A stretch of DNA of 38,873 nucleotides from Chlorokybus atmophyticus (Eukaryota; Plantae; Mesostigma and Chlorokybus algae): NCBI GenBank assembly GCA_009103225.1, contig RHPI01000671.1, positions 510,152 through 549,024 on the forward strand, given 5' to 3'. The notes under the pieces are model-generated. The model saw only the letters and a list, made by a program, of their open reading frames with translations, did not search any database and was not told the origin of the DNA. A program made the translations under genes and the position numbers. The number at the start of each line of letters is the position of its first letter. Position 1 is the stretch's first letter. Below, in pieces: positions 33,301-38,873 of this stretch.

Positions 33301-34250
33301 TCGCCACCGAAGCCCGCCACCTTGATTGTGGACGTCAGCTTCCTGTAGCCCTCCATCACCTCCTTGTTTGGTGTGAGATGACGATCGCAGCCAGAGTCCA
33401 CCACCCAGAAAGCTGTGCCCGCCCTCGAACTGGATGCAGTGAAGGCGACATGTTTCTCCTTGTGTTGGTGCTCGTTGCCGCTGTTGCTGGTGCTTGCTCT
33501 AGGTTGCCCCTGTTGTTTCTTCCTACAGTCCTTCACAATGTGCCCCTTCCAACCACACCAGTGGCATGTGAGGTCTTTGTGACGAGGATTGCCTGGCTTG
33601 TTGCCCTTGTACTTCTCTTCATGGTTGCTCTTCTTTGCGTGCTTGCCGGTGTAGAAGGCGACGGCATCCGCTTGCTCGTCCTTCTTCACAACCCTCTGCT
33701 CCACGGTGAGCAGCTTCGGTAGCACATCGTCCAACGTCAACTCCGATGATGACGTCTCCAGCAGGGTTGCGACGACCTCGTACTCTGCTGGTAGCCCTGC
33801 AACAATGGCCAGCACTACCTCCGTCTCCCCCATGTTGTGGCCGACGTTGATGAGGTCCGCCCACAGCTCTCTCGCGCGCGCAACATACTTTGTGATGGGT
33901 TCTGCTGCCTCCTTCCTGAGTGCGCTGAGCTGCTTGCGTAGATGCAACTTTCTGGCATTGTTCTTGGCTCTGAAAACGGCTGATAGCTTTTCCCAAGCTT
34001 GTCTACCATCTTCACATGCAGTGAGCATGGGAAAGTGATGCGGTTTGCTGTTCAACACAAGCAAAGAGTGTGCTTCTGCTGAATGCTCTGACCACACAGT
34101 GTTCGCTCCTGGTGTTGGTGGTGGTGCCTTCGGATCAACGTACTTCCACACCTTCTTGTGGATGAGCAAGGCCTTCATCTCCACGCACCATGTGTTGTAG
34201 TTGTCGGTGTCCAGCTTTGCAATCTGCCCCTTGTCGTAGGTCGCCTCCAT
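30363..34250 (-). CDS. gag-pol: Copia Gag-Pol polyprotein (gag, Zn knuckle, protease, integrase, RT, RNase H), intact
   Basis: NYNTW, CHWCGWKGHIVKDC, WVVDSGC, LWHRRFGH, VHMDVCGP, RSDRGGEY, PQQNGAAER, YKARLVAKG, LLVYVDD, YCDSDFAG, TKHIDV. The likely start is MEATYD at 34250; the ORF track extends it to 34334. Confidence 0.97.
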   Translation of the reverse strand: MEATYDKGQIAKLDTDNYNTWCVEMKALLIHKKVWKYVDPKAPPPTPGANTVWSEHSAEAHSLLVLNSKPHHFPMLTACEDGRQAWEKLSAVFRAKNNARKLHLRKQLSALRKEAAEPITKYVARARELWADLINVGHNMGETEVVLAIVAGLPAEYEVVATLLETSSSELTLDDVLPKLLTVEQRVVKKDEQADAVAFYTGKHAKKSNHEEKYKGNKPGNPRHKDLTCHWCGWKGHIVKDCRKKQQGQPRASTSNSGNEHQHKEKHVAFTASSSRAGTAFWVVDSGCDRHLTPNKEVMEGYRKLTSTIKVAGFGGEVLVAEGVGNVRLQCKVGNTLREVLLRNVLHVPKAIASLFSVRVAERLGAEILFRKGGCSVILDGVVHMVGIADPGGLYHVEQPQDRDIQAMVVKDKESPTLWHRRFGHLSYVNLTRLVAEKMVKGIHLSTEELKNASGALCEPCLVAKQHAMPFPSSSSSSQHPCELVHMDVCGPMRIVAKGGARYFATFLDDYSKLSIIFPLTLKSEVAGAVRTVVALLETQSGNKMKAMRSDRGGEYINKELKEFFASKGIRHETTAPYTPQQNGAAERLNRTLLERVRAMLNDTKMDDSMWKEAVLTANYIRNRSPVSSEQKTPWEHFYGATPDVSGMRVFGCTAYALVPKQLRHKLEPVSKKGIFVGYEPGSKAYRILLEDTQKIIVSREVVFHEGLSQPEAGFFPEDEAQPEHPETVEATGKAIIDDKGEQDSTVADKQSHLQQEHAARRYPVRERKAPDFLHKAHVASVQNEEPSTYEEALLAPDAEQWQRAMDEEIASLHANNTWSLEQLPQGVKTIPVKWVFKVKRDGQGNIERYKARLVAKGFLQQEGVDFNEVFAPASKHTTFRALLAMVAAEDLELHHLDVKTAFLYGELEEEIFIEQPPGYEEGERGTACKLIKALYGLRQAPRMWHIKLTKELEALGFTASSADPGLFIHADNKVWLLVYVDDIIITARQVHHLQETKLALQQAFSVRDLGEAKWFLGMVIERDRAARTIKISQEQMVRRLVTKFGLTEAKTKTTPLALGTALIKAKDEEVLDKAQYPYGELVGSMLYLAVCTRPDVAHAVGVLARYMSAPSMEHWRAAKGVLRYVAGSATVGIKFGSGSTELEGYCDSDFAGDLNSRRSTTGYVFKLNGGVVSWNSRLQPTTAASTSEAEYMAAAAAVKEALWLRKLMADLEHPMACIVINCDNQGAIKLLKHPIASARTKHIDVMHHFVRDRVTRKEVEFQYCNTEGMLADFMTKPLSPLKFKTCCAGLGICV

Positions 34251-34361
34251 TTCTGTCGAGCCTGCCTTTCTTGCAGTTGACACCCAAGGCTCTGCTACCA
34301 ACAAGCTACCGTAGTGTAGAACTACTATGCACACAAGCTAGTCTCACACTCCTCAAGCGTA

Positions 34362-34377
34362 GTGTGGGCCCATAACC
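34362..34377 (-). other. Copia primer-binding site GGTTATGGGCCC (internal tRNA-iMet type)
   Basis: Lies directly after the 5' LTR on the element strand and resembles the Ty5/copia-type GGTTATG(A/G)GCCC PBS. Confidence 0.75.
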
Positions 34378-34801
34378 TGTTGAAGGACTAGCATGCACAT
34401 GTAGTTGAGGCAAGCATGGATGCACAGAGACAGAGCTACCGCCACCAGAGCATACACAAGTCACATCACATTCATCTATTACAAGTTGTCCGCTGGTTCT
34501 TATAGCAGCCAGTTACACACACGTCTACGTTTGCAAGCACTGCGTAAGCTATACTCAGCCTTTTGACGCGCTCTAAGCTGCGTTGTCTTCCTTACAACCA
34601 GAGCTTTCCAACAAGCTCTTACACGCCCAATATGAGTAAGTATACGCGGAGATACGAAGCAGTTGGTAAGGCTCCAGTCTGGAGTCCGGAGTCTGGTCCG
34701 ACGACGCCATCTTGCTAAGTCCGGACCTAGTGCTTGTCCTTACGACCTTCTACTCCTGTGTGGAGGGTCGATGCTGATCGTATGTAGGATTACTCTCAAC
34801 A
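34378..34801 (-). repeat. Copia 5' LTR
   Basis: Matches 29897-30320 with 8 substitutions, counted by eye. Confidence 0.97.
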
Positions 34802-35887
34802 GCGCCGGCGCAGGCAAGGTCATCGTCGTCGTCGGCGGCGGCGGCGATGCTGGAGCGCTAGCGGCTACACAGCAGATACGTGCATGCCGTGCTTCCTTGC
34901 GCATTCCATGCATGTGTGTGTGTGTGTGCGTGCTGTGTTTGCTGCAAGCCGCTGGGGCAGCCTTGTGCATAACCCCTCAGTGGCCTTACCTGTGCTGCGG
35001 CACAAAAGGTGTTTGCTGCAAGCCGCTGGGGCAGCCTTGGGCATAACCCCTCAGTGGCCTTGCGGCAAAAGGGTGTTCTTTCTGTGTGTGCTTGCGCTAG
35101 CATTGTGTCTCTCAAAAGTTATTTCCCTGCTCTATTTCTGACTCTACTGTTGGTTAACTACGGTGTGTGATCCACAGGTAAACAGCTACCATTCAGCGAT
35201 GGCCAATCGCTTTAGGTCCAGTGTAGTTGATCTCGTCGAACATGAGGTAGGTATTTGGTCTTGACTCAGATGCTTGCATGCATTCAACAGAGGGTATGAT
35301 GATTCAGCTGGCTGCTTCGAAGACAGCAGGTAAACCAGAGCTCGCATGCCAGGCATGGTGTGTTTGTGGATGAGACTCAGGTCAGAGTATTTGGCTCTGT
35401 GTTTTGGGTGTCTTGGCATTCTTACAGCTGCTATCAACAGGTTGAGCATTGCCTGCAGCATGTTTGCAGGACACCGCCAGTCACGGTGCCCAAGATATTG
35501 GCAAGAGCTCCAGCGACGACAGGGACAGATAAATGCATCCTTGCATGCGTATCACATGAATGTGCATGTGTGTGTATGGTGTCCAGTCAGCTGGGGCAGT
35601 TGATTGTAAGCCCTCATGTGTGTGTATGCGCGCGTGTGTCGCAAAAGTCCGTGTTCACTTCTTCTGCTGCGCAAACATACCTTGTATTTGTGCATATGTG
35701 AGTGCAGTTGTGAGGGGTTTTTCCAACAGCATGTTTGGGCAATTCTACTGCTAGTGTTAGGCGCTTGCATGCCTGATTTGTGTCCAACAAATTTGAGCGC
35801 AACCCGCTTTGCCTTGCAGGCTGTGCTACGGCCATGAGGTAATACAAAGTACAAGGTCAGATCTTTGCGTCATCCTTGCACAAGGCC

Positions 35888-36000
35888 TATAGTTTGGTGG
35901 TAGTTTTGGTAGTTGTATAGTTGTTGTGTAGTTGTTGTTGTTGTGTAGTTGTATAGTTTGGTGGTAGTTTGGTAGTTGTTGTGTAGTATAGTTGTAATGT
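35888..36000. repeat. TAGTT/GTT low-complexity tract
   Basis: tagtttggtggtagttttggtagttgtatagttgttgtg... with internal duplications. Confidence 0.85.
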
Positions 36001-36243
36001 AACTAATCTGCTAGTCACTAGTTGTTGTGAACACAATTGTGGCGGTTGTGCCTGAGCTGATCTGCTGCTAGATCTCCAAGTTGCACAAAGGCACACACCC
36101 CACTGTTATCAGTAATTGCACATGCAACAGCCACACTTGGAGAATTACCAGCAGAGCAGCTCAGCGGTAACCATAGTGTAAAGGGCAAACAAAGTGTGTA
36201 GAGCAATGGTCATTGCGACGAGTCACTAGAGTCACTAGGTTCA

Positions 36244-37117
36244 CTAGGAGGGTCGCGAGTGGGGAAGATTATTACAAGTTGGTGTGAGATTGGTACCGGG
36301 CGTTGCACCAGGTGCAGGGACCTCGGAGCCAGTAAACACACTCCAGCGTGCAGCAATATTGTTGTCGCACTCGATCACAACGCGTAGGCCAGCAGCGCCA
36401 TAGGTGCCCGAGTCAATGATAGTGCGAGCAGGAAGAGGCGCATCAGGAGGCGAGGGAGTGTTCTCATGCACGGAGACTGCCACATACACACCGGTTTGTA
36501 CAGTAGCTGCAATCGCAATGGGTGCCTGATGAACAATTCCACGAGTTGAAAGCTCCCAATTGCATAATTGGACCTGACAAACAAGTTTACAGGTTAACTC
36601 GCATGTTGCATCGCATTCATTCATAAACGTGCGCCAGAAGTTGATGCAAATGCATAGGCAGCGCCTCTATTGTTATGGACATGAACTGGACACGCATTCA
36701 GGCAGTAGCATGGCATGACATGCACGGCATGTAACGCGCAAGGGTGTTGCATGGTAGCAATCAGAGCTGTGCATATATATAGGCGTTCCTAACATAGCAG
36801 GACAAACATATGCACACTACACAGGCAAACTCAACCCAAATCGCACACAAGGCATACGCATGTACAAACAATGCGCAACAGTATGGCACATGCATAGTGG
36901 CATGCATAGTCAGCAGCATGCAGAGTGACATAGCGCACGCAACTCACACCATGAATAGCGAGAAAGATACCTGATGATAGCGAGCATCGCCAGAGTCCAC
37001 ATAGCCGTTCCACGGTTGTGTCAAGACCTGACCTAGTCCCACTAATCGTCGCCCGACTGCGAGGAGCGCCTGCGTTAGAGCCTCATTCATGGTGCGCATG
37101 GGTACAGGGGAGTCCAT
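36244..37117 (-). CDS. Hypothetical protein, about 158 aa, 2 exons
   Basis: Exons 37117-36971 and 36573-36244 join at phase 0 via GT-AG (…RYHQ|VQLCNWEL…). No recognisable domain. Confidence 0.55.
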
Positions 37118-37645
37118 TGTTGCAGCACACAGCACTTCACATATCCTATACAACTACCAGCATGCAATGGATGTTTGGGTTAGGGTTGCTTATAGTTTGG
37201 GGTAAGCCACACAGACACCGTCCTCGGACCTAAACGATTTCATCGTAAATAGAGAATGTAATTTCGCTTGGTTTGTATGGACCAATAAACATAGAGTTCA
37301 TTTTGGCAATCAAAGTTCCGACAAAAGGCAATTTCCACGGCAATTGCTCGTGCGGCCTATTGCGGTCGGAGACGCGACTGGTGTCCGACCAGCACAATTG
37401 CTGATGTGGGTTTTCCAAACGATCACTGCATTCCATTGATTGCAGGGATTTCCGCACCGGGAATTGCACTGATTGTCCCACAGCACCGGCGTACTTGCTG
37501 GTTGTGTTGGCGGCGGCGGTGCTGTGGCGAGGTGAGCGAGCGTTGTCAGCTGTCTTGTCGCACTGCTTTTCTAGTGGTTGCATGCTGGGTCACTTCGTTG
37601 CAATTAGCAAATACAGCATGGTGCTGTGCCGCTAGCATTCTGGAC

Positions 37646-37929
37646 TGCCATTTGCCTGCTAGCTTGCTGTTAGGCTTACCTTTGTCGTGTTCAGCTGGCA
37701 AGAAGCTGAAGCAGCTTCTACTATACAAGGTACTGGGTGTTTGGCTTGCTGGGTGCCTGTTTGACAAGTTCACAAGCATATGTTTGTGCATGCACATGCC
37801 ATTTGCCTGCTAGCTTGCTGTTAGGCTTACCTTTCTCGTGTTCAGCTGGAAAGAAGCTGAAGAAGCTTCTACTCTACAAGGTACTGGGTGTTTGGTTTGC
37901 TGGGTGCCTGTTTGACAAGTTCACAAGCA
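37646..37929. repeat. 151-bp-period tandem duplication
   Basis: tgccatttgcctgctagc...gacaagttcacaagca at 37646 and 37797, with a few substitutions. Confidence 0.93.
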
Positions 37930-38122
37930 CGCCCTTTGTGCAAGCAGCTTAGACACTTCTTTTGCAAGGTACATGGTTTGCTTGCTGTGACAAGTCAACA
38001 AGCAAGTCCACATGGCTTACAACTTGCAGTCACTTGAGTCAACCACGACTTGAGGTTGATTAGGGTTGCGGTTGCAACTGACTTGTAAAGCAAGCTTGAT
38101 CTATCTACAGGAGGGCATCATC

Positions 38123-38873
38123 ATGTCAGGCACCACGTCGGGTGGGCGGTCCAGCAACTGCAGCGAAGGATGGGAGAATTTGGACGAAGAGATATGGGGG
38201 AAGAATGCTGGTGGTCCTTCTGATGAGCAGCTGCAGCATGAGTGGGAAACCAGTGAGGCGACTGTTCACCTGCGTGATCTTGAGACCACAGCAATGGTCT
38301 GCTTAAAAGTGAGCTTATGCATCAAGCATCCGCAATCAATGTCAGACCTTGCTGCCGAAGTCTGTTTCGTCCCATGTTGTACTAGTGCACCAATGTAAAC
38401 TATGCAGGCACTGAAGGTCCTACATTGGCGTGGGAAGCATCATGCCCGTGATCGTCGCAAGGTCACCAAGCTGGCCGACAAAGGCCGGATTTGCTACGAG
38501 TACTGTCGCATGATGCCGGGGAAGACTCAAACGAAGCAGGACCCATTCAAGTTCGCTCTTGCAACCAAATGCTGGCATCTGCTGAATCCAGAGCTCTCCT
38601 ATCAAATGGTTGGCAATTTCCCACAGTTACATGAGCCGTCATGCAATATGGCAGCATTGTCTGAGCTGGGAGGAGTTTGCTTTGCATGTGTTGGCCTTCA
38701 CAACTTCTTCATTGGTGGGTAGGCGCGTTTGAAGATTCAACAGTATCTGGGCAACAAAAAGGGATACAGCAACCCCAAGCACAAAGAGAAGCAGAAAGAA
38801 AAGAGTCGGAAGCGTTACAAGGAGATGATGGAGAAGGCTTTCGCGGGGGGCTTTGTACCAAGGCGCAGGGGAG
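38123..38873 (+). CDS. Hypothetical basic protein, 5' part only (runs off the window)
   Basis: Exons 38123-38296, 38408-38608 and 38723-end all join at phase 0 with GT-AG. Lys/Arg-rich. No recognisable domain. Confidence 0.6.

Larger units (their letters stand above)
29897..34801 (-). mobile_element. Full-length Ty1/Copia LTR retrotransposon
   Basis: Two 424-bp TG...CA LTRs, a 5-bp TSD GCGCC (29892-29896 and 34802-34806), a PBS, a PPT and one intact gag-pol ORF. Confidence 0.98.
11600..38873. mobile_element. Putative giant CACTA/En-Spm (CMC)-type DNA transposon with cargo genes; right end not seen
   Basis: Abrupt junction with Gypsy pol at about 11600, subterminal palindromic repeats, Tnp2-family transposase, protease and methylase cargo. 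Internal repeat families are shared out to about 35600. The core 11600-26353 is better supported than the extension to the window end. No matching TIR or TSD found. Confidence 0.55.

Noticed and set aside
36215-36250. CACTAG x3 as the right terminal inverted repeat of the CACTA element
   Set aside because: No complementarity to the 11600 end, no TGAATATTCA array nearby, and a right-hand terminus should read ...TAGTG on the plus strand.
1-38873. Genome-wide TAA/TAG=Gln code as in Dasycladales/Cladophorales
   Set aside because: The Copia ORF (about 1300 codons), 979 codons of AT-rich Gypsy pol, the MTase and the toxin-like gene contain many CAR codons but no internal TAR. A CGA-to-TGA stop and frameshifts show ordinary decay. 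Kept only as a minor alternative in the stop-codon finding.

Overview
Eukaryotic draft-assembly window. Short GT-AG introns, CA/GT-rich introns and TTAGGG-type motifs suggest a chlorophyte green alga (inference). Left 6 kb: two spliced minus-strand genes. One is an uncharacterised protein resembling a bacterial family (120-3215, crossing an N gap). The other is a six-exon aerolysin/ETX-MTX2-like beta-pore-forming protein (3699-5931). 7245-11606: decayed, 5'-truncated chromodomain-bearing Ty3/Gypsy element with a Dam-like methylase remnant ahead of the protease. From about 11600 rightwards: what appears to be a very large CACTA/En-Spm-type DNA transposon. It has palindromic subterminal repeats, a spliced Tnp2/DUF4218/DUF4216 transposase (damaged) and an NSD-like PHD-C5HCH + Ulp1 SUMO-protease gene. 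It also has a divergently transcribed Cys-rich + Tudor + phage-type C5 DNA methyltransferase gene, an OTU + Gag-like gene with three in-frame TAGs, a 96-bp satellite and further orphan genes. A complete Ty1/Copia element (29897-34801; LTRs, TSD, intact gag-pol) is nested in it. The best candidate for an undescribed system is this DNA transposon carrying its own DNA-methylation, chromatin-reader and deSUMO/deubiquitin kit. All domain calls are by-eye motif recognition and manual splicing. No searches were run.
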